Of a DNA stretch of 24,784 nt, positions 10,701 to 19,286 are shown one piece after another (the stretch's first letter is position 1; each line of letters begins with the position of its first letter). Below the pieces are notes generated by a model. That model ran no database searches. It was not told where the DNA came from and saw only the letters and a program-made list of their open reading frames with translations. Source of the DNA: a virus (taxonomy: Duplodnaviria; Caudoviricetes). The stretch lies in IMG/VR virus record IMGVR_UViG_3300020442_001531, positions 1 to 24,784 of that record. One strand, given 5' to 3'. The translations under genes were made by a program, and so were the position numbers.

Positions 10701-13700
10701 ATTGGTGATGGAACTCCATCTGATGATGTCTATGTCCCACGTTATTCTTCTGTAACAAGATATTTTGACGATACAGTAATTACAACAACAGCAGGAACTC
10801 CTGCTTGTGCTGATGTTAAAGCAGCAATTGATACTCTATCTTTCTTATGGGTAGATGTAATTTCCAAGAACCAAAATGGTACATACTTAGATGCTGCATA
10901 TCTAATTGCTAGAAACAAGGATCTTATTGCACATCAAGCATTAGCAGATACTTTTGCAAACTATCCAACTTTTACACTTTCTAATACAAACGAAAGAAAG
11001 TGTATCAGAGATATCCGTATCGTCATCAACGGTCTTGTAAAAGACCTGGTATTTGGCGGTAACGAGGGTATTGTTGGTGTTGCTGATGCATACTTCACTG
11101 GAACTGTATTGACAGGTGTTCCAGAGGCACAGAGAGATGAAACTGTCTTTGCTTTCCAGAGAGTGAAGCAGTATTGCATGGATGCAATGCGTAACTGGTC
11201 TGGTGGAGATGTTGATGAAGTAAGTCCAACTGGATCTACTTACAACGCTGCATCTGGTGCTCTTACCGTAAGTTTCCCAGATCCACCTGTAGCACCTACT
11301 ACTTCGGATAGAATTGCATTCAAAGAAGAAGCAATTACATATAGCTGCACATATAATAGTGTAACTGGAAACCATGCAAGTCCTCTCAGATTTGATTCTA
11401 ACTGGGGTCAGGACTACGCTATTACTAATGTATCATCTTCTGGTGGTATTACTACTGTATCTTGTACTGTTCCTAACGCAGGTGCCGCATCTGGTTCTGC
11501 ACATACATTTGTAAGTGCTTTAGCAAATGGAACAATTCTAATTTATGATCCAGTAACTCCAACAGTTGATGTTCCAAGATTTACTAACTGGAATATTTTA
11601 CTTTATAATACTGTACCTCTCTGTGCTAATGTAGCGTCTACGATTACTACAGCGATGGACCTCTTTGAGGACATCCTAGACGGAACTATTCCAGCTGGAT
11701 CTGTAAACACAAATAACGGAACTCTATTTGATACTTCTCAAATTCGTACATTCCCTGATAACTTCATTTACGATGCAAACAATCAGCGTGTGTCAATTCG
11801 TGGTGACTTTGATGAGTTCCCAATTATTGAAGCATCTCCATATACACAAAATGCTTCTGTCATCTCCTTCTTAGGTGGTGGCGGTGCTCTGATTGATGGT
11901 AATAAAGTTAAGCAACCTAACTGTCCTTTCCCTGGTCTTGAAATTGATGGAACCGCATCATTCCCAAACCAAGGTAAATCCATGGTTGCTGCGGCATTCA
12001 CGATCGTCTCCTTTGGTGGTACAGGTTATAAGGTTATCAACGATGGTTACACCCAGTTGGTTTCGGTCTTCGTTATCTTCTGTGCTGATGGTGTTCTCTG
12101 TGAATCTGGTGGTTATGCATCTATTACTAACTCTGCTACCAACTTCGGTCAATTTGCTCTACGTGGTACAGGATATAGAGAAGAGTGTTATTCCTTTGAC
12201 CAAGGTGTAATTAGTAACGTTTCTTCAACACCTACTGGTAGAACTATTTTAACAGTCAGTGGTCTTGGAAGAGAACCACTAGAGCACTATGTTGGTAAGA
12301 TTGACGGATACAGAAATACTAATACTGACATTGAATACTTCATTGATGTAGTTGCTGGCGTTACTGTTGGTCCTCCTTTCTCTGCACAGTTAACATTTGA
12401 CGATGGTACTGGCGGTGGAATGGATCTAACCGATATCAGTACAGGAAACCCAGTATCTACAAGTGTTCTTGCTGGTCAAACTATTAAACTACACAGACCA
12501 TCTATTGTTAACTCTTCTTCCCACACCTGGGAATTTGCAGGTTCTGGTACTAACTATCTTGCACTACCTGAGAACGGTGGTACTAAGATTGAAGCATATG
12601 AGCAAGTATCTGAGAACTACGGTCGTGTATATGTTTCTGGTACTGACGAACTTGGTGACTTTAAAGTTGGTACATTTGCTAGAATTGAAAACAGAACTGG
12701 TGCTATCACCTTCACGGGTACGGTTACGATCTCTGAAGTTGAATTCTTGAAACTGAAAGGTGGTGACGTTGTTGTTACTGGATTTGATGCTTCCAATACA
12801 CTTGGTGGTGCTAACTCTAGTGACTCTAAGCTACCTACTCAAAAAGCAGTTAGAGATTACATCACCAACAACCTTGGACCTTACATCAACAAACCATATT
12901 CTACGAACGCTGTTCCTAGAGCACTGGTTGAACTTACTGATTCTGGTAAGATCTCTATTGACCAAATTCCAGCACTCAGACCTTTCCAAGTTTATACTGT
13001 TGCAGATCAAGCAGAAAGAACTTCTATTGAGGGAGCACTTGCTGGTGACATTGCAATCCAACAGGATACATCTACATCATTCATTCTAAATCAAGATAAC
13101 GACAGTCTATTCCTTGGATTCCAACCAGATCCTAATGTTACTATCAATACTGGTGACATTTACACTGGTAGTTTAACAACTGGTCGTATTCAAGCAACTG
13201 AATATAGAAAGGGTGTTGTTTATCAAATTAACATCACCAATGGTGGTTCTGGATATGTAACTCCTCCAACAATTTCATTCTCTGGAGGTAATCCAGATCC
13301 TGGTGCAGTATCTGCATCTGCTACATGTACAATTGCTAATGGCACTGTTGTTACTGTAACTATTGAAACGTTTGGCGGATATAAGGGTGGTGTTGGATAC
13401 ACCACTACTCCTACAGTCACATTTACTGCTCCTCCTGGTGCTGGAACACAAGCACAAGGTAGTGCTCTAATTGAAAGCAGAGTGTATGGTAATATCGTCA
13501 ACAATATTAAGATTGAAGATACAGATACTTTCCAGGATAGTACAACACCTACTGCAAATACAGTCAACATCAACAGAGTTGTAAACACATCTTCGTTTGA
13601 TAATAACAACTGGGTATCCCTATCTTCTAACCAGATTGCTGCATCTGACATCACGTCTGGTGTTATTGAAACTGATAGACTTGCATCTGGTGGTGCTGCA

Positions 13701-16700
13701 AACTCCTTCACCTTCCTCCGTGGTGATCAAAACTTTGCTCTAGCGATGCAATCCATCAAGGGTGCTGAAACTAGATACTTCGCTCCTCTTGCTGCTCAAT
13801 GTTCTATCGGATCATCTCAGATGATCTTTACAACGAACTCTGATGTTCTTATCGGGCATGAAGTTAAGCAAACTGTCAACGGAGTTGCTGCAAACACAAA
13901 CATTAATGGTGTTGTCACTTCGGCAGGTCTTACAACTGTTTCCCTCAATAATCCAGTAACACAAACAATTCCACTAGGAACGATTATTGAATTTGAGCGT
14001 GGTGCTTCTCCTGTCACATTTGAATCTACCTTCACACAAGGTGGATTTATTGATGACGTTATTATTTCAAATTCTGGATCAGGATTTACAAATGGTCAGT
14101 ATTTTGACGTAGAACTTTTAGGTGGTACTGGTACAGGATTAAAAGTAAATATGGTTGTATCTGGTAACGCAGTTACCGAAATTACTGTCACTGATGGTGG
14201 TACAGGATACAATGCAGACTTTACTGTTGTTACCGCTCCTGGTGTAATTGGTTCTGGTTCAGCTCTTGTTCTAGAAGCAAAAGTTTCCACAGTTCTTAGA
14301 CAATATGCAAACGTTGCTATTGATGTCCAGAGAGCAACAGATCTAACAATTTCTGCTGACCTTTATGGAACAATTGGTGTCTCTAGATTCAAGAAGTCTC
14401 AGTTTAATATTGGTACAGCAGGCAATGGTTCTATTGAACTTAAGACTGGTGCAGATAGTGGACTTGACGCTGACTTATTAGATGGCGCACAAGGAACATT
14501 CTACACTAATGCAACTAACCTAAGTTCTGGTACTCTCAGTCCAGATAGACTTGCTGGTACATATAACATCAGTATTTCTAACCAGTCTGGTAGTACACTT
14601 AGACTTATTACTGGTACTAACAACCCATCTTCTTCCCCACTACCTAACTTCTTCTCCTCAGGTATTGTCTCCAACACTATCTTCAATAGTGCTAATGGAT
14701 TGAATGATGGTGGCACAAGAAACATGGTCGTCACCTTTAGACAGGGTGGTTCTGGTTTTGATACTGGGTTTGGTGGTGTAAGACAGCTTGCATTCACAGA
14801 TAATGATAACATGTATCTCCGTGGTTCTGGCACGGGTGTTACATCCTTTGGTTCTTGGGCAAAAGTTTGGACATCTCTGAACGATGGTCTTGATTCTGGT
14901 CTTGATGCTGACAGACTTGATAACAGACAAGGTGATTGGTATCAAAATGCACTTAACATCAACTACGGTACATTATCTGATAATAGACTTCCTAGATTTA
15001 TTAGTGCAACTAATTTCAGAGATCAAGTAACAGTTAAGGGATTCCTTGGTGATCCTAAGTTTAGAATTTACTTCTCTGGAGTAATTCTAGATACTTCTCC
15101 AACTGGCGTTTATACTCCTGGTAACCCAATCAAACTCTATAATGCTAATGCTCAGGCAGTTGCAGATTTTGTTATTGACTCGGTTACTGTTAATGATGAT
15201 ACTTCTGATAACTTTAACGATTTCACCATTCTAATTGGTAGACTTACTTCTGGTAACTTTACTGGTGCTATCACCGCTGGTACTGCTACCAATAGATTGC
15301 CATTTGATGACTTCACACTAGAGGATGGTAACACTGTAGATGTCGCTAAGTTAGAAAATGATGGTGGTAAAGGTCTCATCAAGGTTGGTAGAGTTGATGG
15401 TCAATCATCTACCCCTGGACTATTGTTCAGATCTTCTCAAGTTGTACCAGCAAACAACGTAGATGATCACTATACTGTAAAACTAGAAGCAAGTGGTGGT
15501 AATGCTACCGCTGGTTCTGGTACTTTAAATGCCAGTGTAGCAAATGCTGATTCATTTACTATCAATGGTCAGAGAATTTGGAACACTGGTAATATTCAGT
15601 TCAGTCCCTCTAACATTTCTAACTATGGTGTTCAACGTGATAGTTCTGGCAACTTCTCTGCTGGAACAATTACAGCATCTCTAACTGGTGCTGCATCACT
15701 CAACGTTCTGAAGACTGGTGATACCATGACTGGTACACTAGCAATCACTGGTGTTGGTTCTAACTTAACAGTTTCTGGTAATGCTGCTATTACTGGAACT
15801 ACAACGTTAACCAATGATCTGAACGTTGATTCTGGCGTCCTATTTGTTGATGTTTCTGCTAACGAAGTTGGTATTAACGTAGGCACCAATCCACAGGCTG
15901 CTCTGCATCTTAAGGCAGATAGTGGACTCTTGATCCAAACTGCTAGCAATGCTCCTTCTACTGGTGCAAGAATTAGATTTAGTGATCATCAATCTGGAAA
16001 TTATACTCAGCAAGGTACTATCAGATATAATCATTCTGATAGCGCAACTCCAGGATCTGCTTATGGTGAAGCTTTCTACGTTGAAGGCACAGAAACCATT
16101 CTTGCTTTCAAGGTTACTGGAGACATTATTGCTTCCAGAAGAATTGGTATTAATAATGATAACCCAACATTTGCTCTTGACGTTACAGGCAACGGAAGAA
16201 TTCGTGATGGTCTAACGATTGACAATGCTTCTAACAACAGTGGTGCTCCAATTCACTTCCTTGGTTCTTCTAACCAGAGAAACTTCAGAGTTGGTAACCA
16301 GTTAGTAGCAAACAATCTGTTCACTATCCAAGCATCTACTGCTGGTGGTGGTCAGTCTTGGAACGGAACTCCTGCATTTAGCATTAGAGGAGACGTGAAT
16401 GCTGTTTCTATTAACACAACAGCAACTTCTGGTACAGATCCTACAAACAATACGGTTAGAGATTACAAACTCAATATTCAAGGCGACGTTAATTTCAATG
16501 GTACTCTTTACCAGGATAACCAAGAGTTTGTTACTTCTAGATGGACTGAAGCTCCAAATACAAATGATATTTACAGAGCATCTAAAGTTGGTATTGGATT
16601 TACGAGTGCAAAGAATCCAGAGGAAGCATTAGAAGTAGAAGGAAACATTGAAGTTTCTGGAACACTAGAAGCGAACGGTGACGCACAGTGGTTAGATACA

Positions 16701-16847
16701 TATGGCGTCTTCAAAGCAAATAGAAATACCATTGATGAAAATGTCACTATTCCACAGTCAACTAACTGTGTGACCGCTGGACCAGTGACTATAAATAACA
16801 ACAGGACAATTGTTATTTCTGATGGAGCTTCCTGGAGTATCGTATAA
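7755..16847 (+). CDS. Giant tail fibre protein (3030 aa)
   Basis: GSGY..AP.V repeats; CBM-like segment; pectin-lyase-like start (IYVSQQIGSDLNDGRSAVNPVRTIKKA...GDYVEDNPI); two helical globin-like repeats; GLDADLLDG/GLDADRLD fibre motifs; VGI/IGI..P..AL.V.G shaft repeats; C-terminal N.TI...AGPVTI...W.IV motif. Confidence 0.85.
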   Translation: MSFHINSDKEKIRGVNPKLIGDNEASIRIGTGADEREVLRTELDSATQLPRVGINRTGQRVNNIELDTAGSGFTVNPDVTIGPPNDPNGVQALASAFTFNGKVTSIAVNNPGSGYTTAPIVTISGGGGAGATATAFLDSVDFELDINGAIRTSTSIISDTARILNLDIDNFVTPDANFRAPNLKTYANNTGTLWSPGVIVQKDSYRYFGANMYQAMNTGQTGGTDEAPEHLDGIVLSGEVQFKHIGFRVNDPSEFRYNDTGEAGVFPRSITPLLGDRSDKVATTEYVLNLATNDVGGRIYVSQQIGSDLNDGRSAVNPVRTIKKAAQLAWATVGVKETIICSGGDYVEDNPISLPPDASVVGDNLRLVIIRPANPGKHIFKFGDKNYVTGVTYRDQIDSNGDPVATWDFAMVFDDKQRIIIDQEANGDFGTSFPIGHQIFGPQKFSVNFQNNTGLSTLVSGLIVKGVNTGSRAKITRVTFDDLTGPSAYVNGKIEVDLESGSFVEGERFDYITSASPGSAYTQTITEQSGPNVLTFTTDPTVDIPPGTVVQLQATPSSGLPFTGFYEIASIDATQSANNIWKVTFFPILGASTWNGDGVGGGYVLNQATAVTESFDTTKIESIRAEGEVVSVDEEYTTTLPIARLDFSLQGDPSIATGGFQSEQFGNAEDLGGIVFYTNALVGRTNTHEFKEGQEILIEGLPTGGPDLSVLNGKQRIYKVLEDADGRARRFVIPKKMPGITDANFDPGQFAVAKNFSKVVTLSLLNSPNKFPLSTPVERRFQDACVFLRNNREFIADEVVGIINDQFKTDHYSAYNISGNSFDIFLGNTEDEHTYVSGGTVQLGSGGTIYNITNFVYDNTITGVATITTSLPVANIQEDSIVKLADILLSCDAGQKVYPAYSSPTNTNSGSNGDEQCRQDVIHFVNALVRDLEFGSNHNVIEAAEKYIIGGDIAYIKDEIIQNVRAIEYARELCIFAMRNWRIGDGTPSDDVYVPRYSSVTRYFDDTVITTTAGTPACADVKAAIDTLSFLWVDVISKNQNGTYLDAAYLIARNKDLIAHQALADTFANYPTFTLSNTNERKCIRDIRIVINGLVKDLVFGGNEGIVGVADAYFTGTVLTGVPEAQRDETVFAFQRVKQYCMDAMRNWSGGDVDEVSPTGSTYNAASGALTVSFPDPPVAPTTSDRIAFKEEAITYSCTYNSVTGNHASPLRFDSNWGQDYAITNVSSSGGITTVSCTVPNAGAASGSAHTFVSALANGTILIYDPVTPTVDVPRFTNWNILLYNTVPLCANVASTITTAMDLFEDILDGTIPAGSVNTNNGTLFDTSQIRTFPDNFIYDANNQRVSIRGDFDEFPIIEASPYTQNASVISFLGGGGALIDGNKVKQPNCPFPGLEIDGTASFPNQGKSMVAAAFTIVSFGGTGYKVINDGYTQLVSVFVIFCADGVLCESGGYASITNSATNFGQFALRGTGYREECYSFDQGVISNVSSTPTGRTILTVSGLGREPLEHYVGKIDGYRNTNTDIEYFIDVVAGVTVGPPFSAQLTFDDGTGGGMDLTDISTGNPVSTSVLAGQTIKLHRPSIVNSSSHTWEFAGSGTNYLALPENGGTKIEAYEQVSENYGRVYVSGTDELGDFKVGTFARIENRTGAITFTGTVTISEVEFLKLKGGDVVVTGFDASNTLGGANSSDSKLPTQKAVRDYITNNLGPYINKPYSTNAVPRALVELTDSGKISIDQIPALRPFQVYTVADQAERTSIEGALAGDIAIQQDTSTSFILNQDNDSLFLGFQPDPNVTINTGDIYTGSLTTGRIQATEYRKGVVYQINITNGGSGYVTPPTISFSGGNPDPGAVSASATCTIANGTVVTVTIETFGGYKGGVGYTTTPTVTFTAPPGAGTQAQGSALIESRVYGNIVNNIKIEDTDTFQDSTTPTANTVNINRVVNTSSFDNNNWVSLSSNQIAASDITSGVIETDRLASGGAANSFTFLRGDQNFALAMQSIKGAETRYFAPLAAQCSIGSSQMIFTTNSDVLIGHEVKQTVNGVAANTNINGVVTSAGLTTVSLNNPVTQTIPLGTIIEFERGASPVTFESTFTQGGFIDDVIISNSGSGFTNGQYFDVELLGGTGTGLKVNMVVSGNAVTEITVTDGGTGYNADFTVVTAPGVIGSGSALVLEAKVSTVLRQYANVAIDVQRATDLTISADLYGTIGVSRFKKSQFNIGTAGNGSIELKTGADSGLDADLLDGAQGTFYTNATNLSSGTLSPDRLAGTYNISISNQSGSTLRLITGTNNPSSSPLPNFFSSGIVSNTIFNSANGLNDGGTRNMVVTFRQGGSGFDTGFGGVRQLAFTDNDNMYLRGSGTGVTSFGSWAKVWTSLNDGLDSGLDADRLDNRQGDWYQNALNINYGTLSDNRLPRFISATNFRDQVTVKGFLGDPKFRIYFSGVILDTSPTGVYTPGNPIKLYNANAQAVADFVIDSVTVNDDTSDNFNDFTILIGRLTSGNFTGAITAGTATNRLPFDDFTLEDGNTVDVAKLENDGGKGLIKVGRVDGQSSTPGLLFRSSQVVPANNVDDHYTVKLEASGGNATAGSGTLNASVANADSFTINGQRIWNTGNIQFSPSNISNYGVQRDSSGNFSAGTITASLTGAASLNVLKTGDTMTGTLAITGVGSNLTVSGNAAITGTTTLTNDLNVDSGVLFVDVSANEVGINVGTNPQAALHLKADSGLLIQTASNAPSTGARIRFSDHQSGNYTQQGTIRYNHSDSATPGSAYGEAFYVEGTETILAFKVTGDIIASRRIGINNDNPTFALDVTGNGRIRDGLTIDNASNNSGAPIHFLGSSNQRNFRVGNQLVANNLFTIQASTAGGGQSWNGTPAFSIRGDVNAVSINTTATSGTDPTNNTVRDYKLNIQGDVNFNGTLYQDNQEFVTSRWTEAPNTNDIYRASKVGIGFTSAKNPEEALEVEGNIEVSGTLEANGDAQWLDTYGVFKANRNTIDENVTIPQSTNCVTAGPVTINNNRTIVISDGASWSIV
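10090..11685 (+). repeat. Two tandem helical globin/phycobiliprotein-like domains within the tail fibre
   Basis: Repeat 1: DACVFLRNNREFIADE...QCRQDV..FVNALVRDLEFGSN...ELCIFAMRNW...CADVKAAI. Repeat 2: DAAYLIARNKDLIAHQ...KCIRDI..VINGLVKDLVFGGN...QYCMDAMRNW...CANVASTI. The duplication is directly visible; the phycobiliprotein homology is inferred. Confidence 0.7.
16790..16797 (+). promoter_or_regulatory. T4 late promoter consensus TATAAATA
   Basis: Perfect 8/8 match, 49 nt upstream of the ATG at 16847, inside the 3' end of the fibre gene. Confidence 0.65.
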
Positions 16848-17830
16848 TGAGTAGTTTAACAGTAAAAGACATTTTAGGTCTTGCCGCCTACAATAACACA
16901 ATCAGCATTCCAACTGGTAATAACCTAGAGGTTGCTGATAAAATCACTGTAGGTGAATTGGTAATTCCAGTTTGGACATCTTCTACAAGACCATCAAATC
17001 CTGCTGTAGGAAATGTTGGTTATAATTCCCAAGACGGATTTCAAAAAATTGAATATTGGACTGGATCTGAATGGTTGGGTGTTGGAGAAACATCTTATCT
17101 AGACGGAGTTACTCAAGGTCTTGTTCTTTGGTTAGATCCAAATAGACAGGGCGGAGTAAATGGAAATATTGTTACTGATCACAGTAGCACTATGGGTGAT
17201 GTTAACATCCAGAATAGAAGTTCTGATTGGACTATCCAAACAGAAAGTTCTACTTCGTTGAAGTGTATTTACAATAATAGTAATAGAACTAGCAGTCCTG
17301 GAATTAATGTTCCTATGAATAATGGTTGGAACAAGCAAGTTGCAACTATTGAAATGTGGATTCGTCCAGTTGGAGACTATACTGGTGGTCTGGGTTGGTT
17401 TAATAATTCAGACGGTGACAGTTATACCAATAACGCCAACTGGTTCTGGTGGGGAACTTGGAGTGGATCTAGTGCTCACTATGCAAGATGGGGTAACTCT
17501 TCTACTTGCTGTAATGATTTGCAATTTTCAAATTTCCAAAGTTATTATCCATTGAACCAATGGTTCCATTGGGCACTCACTTGGAATACAACTCAAGGAA
17601 GAGCAACGTTGTATAAGAATGGATCTGTTATCCAGACTAAAACTAATATTCCAACCAACGTTACATCAACTAACCCAACAAATACTGGACAGTTATTTAA
17701 TGGTCATGATAGAAATGATAACATGCAATTCAAAGGATACTGTTCTCAGTACAGAATCTACAATAGAGAGTTGAGTGTTAGTGAAATTAATCAAAATTAT
17801 ACAACTTACGCTGGCGCACATAATCTATAA
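16847..17830 (+). CDS. LamG/concanavalin A-like lectin domain protein, putative receptor-binding fibre tip (327 aa)
   Basis: GLVLWLD, TIEMWIRP, LNQWFHWALTW...ATLYKNG and FKGYCSQYRIYNRELSVSEINQNY are Laminin_G_3-type motifs. TAATG stop/start overlap with the fibre gene. Confidence 0.85.
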   Translation: MSSLTVKDILGLAAYNNTISIPTGNNLEVADKITVGELVIPVWTSSTRPSNPAVGNVGYNSQDGFQKIEYWTGSEWLGVGETSYLDGVTQGLVLWLDPNRQGGVNGNIVTDHSSTMGDVNIQNRSSDWTIQTESSTSLKCIYNNSNRTSSPGINVPMNNGWNKQVATIEMWIRPVGDYTGGLGWFNNSDGDSYTNNANWFWWGTWSGSSAHYARWGNSSTCCNDLQFSNFQSYYPLNQWFHWALTWNTTQGRATLYKNGSVIQTKTNIPTNVTSTNPTNTGQLFNGHDRNDNMQFKGYCSQYRIYNRELSVSEINQNYTTYAGAHNL

Positions 17831-17832
17831 CC

Positions 17833-18132
17833 ATGGAAATGTCACAAGACAGGCAAAGATGCCTGGAAACAAACAAGCTTCAAGTTCTCCAGAATAATCT
17901 TCCTGTATGGAGAGAGATTAGAAATAAAAAACTGGAAGAAACTGACATTGAATTCTTGAAAGCACTAGAAGCTTATTTTGCTTCTTTGCAAGATAGTAAA
18001 CCTGAAGTTGCTAAGTTGAAAGCTTTGGCACAGGAAAGACAGCGTTTAAGAGATGTCACTCAATTTAGAAATACTGATGTTGTTTCTGATGAAATTGAGA
18101 TGATGGATTACTTACCTGAAATTTTACGATAA
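17833..18132 (+). CDS. Phage tail fibre assembly chaperone-like protein (99 aa)
   Basis: WREIRNKKLEETD...RQRLRDVT matches the R..RN..L..TD / RQ.LRD.T pattern of Phage_tail_APC/Tfa-type chaperones. Directly follows a tip protein. Confidence 0.7.
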   Translation: MEMSQDRQRCLETNKLQVLQNNLPVWREIRNKKLEETDIEFLKALEAYFASLQDSKPEVAKLKALAQERQRLRDVTQFRNTDVVSDEIEMMDYLPEILR

Positions 18133-18135
18133 ATA
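18129..18135 (+). promoter_or_regulatory. Putative late promoter ATAAATA
   Basis: Overlaps the chaperone stop codon, 17 nt upstream of the ATG at 18153. Confidence 0.6.
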
Positions 18136-18152
18136 GTCAATAAAGAACTCCC

Positions 18153-19283
18153 ATGGCATCTGAGATTAGGGTAGATAGAATAAAATCAACTGCTGGTGGT
18201 GCGATCATTAACGCAACCATCAACAGTGATGGATCTATTACTTTTGGCGGAAACGTTGATATTGGTGGACAACTGTTGCAGAACGGGCAACCTTTTGCTG
18301 CGCTGCCAGAGCAGATTGCAAGTGGAGAAGGTTCTACCGTTGGTGCTACTTTAAAATCTGATGGCACGAATGCATACTGGGAAATTATCGTTGATTTTGC
18401 TGAGGGATTTGCAATTACCAGAGGTTATCCTGCAGCAGGATATCAAAGTGGTAATGCTTGGAGAAACGTAAACCGTTGCCAACACTCAACTTTCTCAATC
18501 TCAAACCTAGGAGATCTTATTGATCAATCAGATGCTTACACTGCTGGTGCTCAAAACACTGCAATGAAAGCGTATATTTACTGTACTGGTAATAACTGGA
18601 ATACAGACAGTAACTATGTTTCTACATTTAGTATGGCAACAGAGTCAAATACTGGTGCTAGTACAACAATGGCTACCAGTAGAAACAGAACTTCTATTAT
18701 GAAGAGAGACTTTAGGTATGCATATGTTTGTGGAAACAATAATGACAGTCCAGATAGATTTGATTTAGTAACAGATGCTGTTGCAACCGTTGGAGGTTCT
18801 GGTGGTTCTGGTGGAAACAATCCTGCTTGTGGTTATGGTGAAGAAAATGGTATGTACAAGCAAGGCGGTAATGCATATCTATTCCAATGGGCAACTGAAA
18901 GTTGGAGTGGTTGGGGATCTGCACCTGGAACAGACGGGACAAATAAAACTCTAAGCAGTAGAAACGGATTCTCTTACTGGAACACTGCAGGTGGTTATCA
19001 GACTAATGCTGCTATGCAGAGGAGAGATATTAAAACAGGTTCTAACCAAGCATCTGTTGGTAAACCAGGAACTACAGGAGAAGAAACTTTCCACACTGGT
19101 GTTGATTATGGATTTATGAACGGAATGTATAATGGTGCTCAGAATAATACTGGCGGTTATTTTACATACACTACCCACACATTTAGTTTCCAGAGTTCAC
19201 TAAACCGTCAGGGACCTGGTGGCACCGCCTCTGGCGCTGCTATGGAATATGGTACACTAGCAACTGGATACACAGGAGTATAA
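18153..19283 (+). CDS. Fibre-tip-like protein with about six kelch-like beta-propeller blades (376 aa)
   Basis: N-terminal MASEIRVDRI and GATLKSDGTNAYW fibre-type motifs, then ~45-aa repeats beginning RGYPAAGY, KAYIYCTG, YAYVCGN, NGMYKQGG, FSYWNTAGG and YGFMNGMY, most with an aromatic-x-x-x-T-(E/D/H)-type strand. Confidence 0.65.
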   Translation: MASEIRVDRIKSTAGGAIINATINSDGSITFGGNVDIGGQLLQNGQPFAALPEQIASGEGSTVGATLKSDGTNAYWEIIVDFAEGFAITRGYPAAGYQSGNAWRNVNRCQHSTFSISNLGDLIDQSDAYTAGAQNTAMKAYIYCTGNNWNTDSNYVSTFSMATESNTGASTTMATSRNRTSIMKRDFRYAYVCGNNNDSPDRFDLVTDAVATVGGSGGSGGNNPACGYGEENGMYKQGGNAYLFQWATESWSGWGSAPGTDGTNKTLSSRNGFSYWNTAGGYQTNAAMQRRDIKTGSNQASVGKPGTTGEETFHTGVDYGFMNGMYNGAQNNTGGYFTYTTHTFSFQSSLNRQGPGGTASGAAMEYGTLATGYTGV

Positions 19284-19286
19284 AAA

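Noticed and set aside
14455-14925. GLDADLLDG / GLDSGLDADRLD repeats
   Set aside because: Common tail-fibre shaft motifs with diverged nucleotide sequence; not a DNA repeat element.
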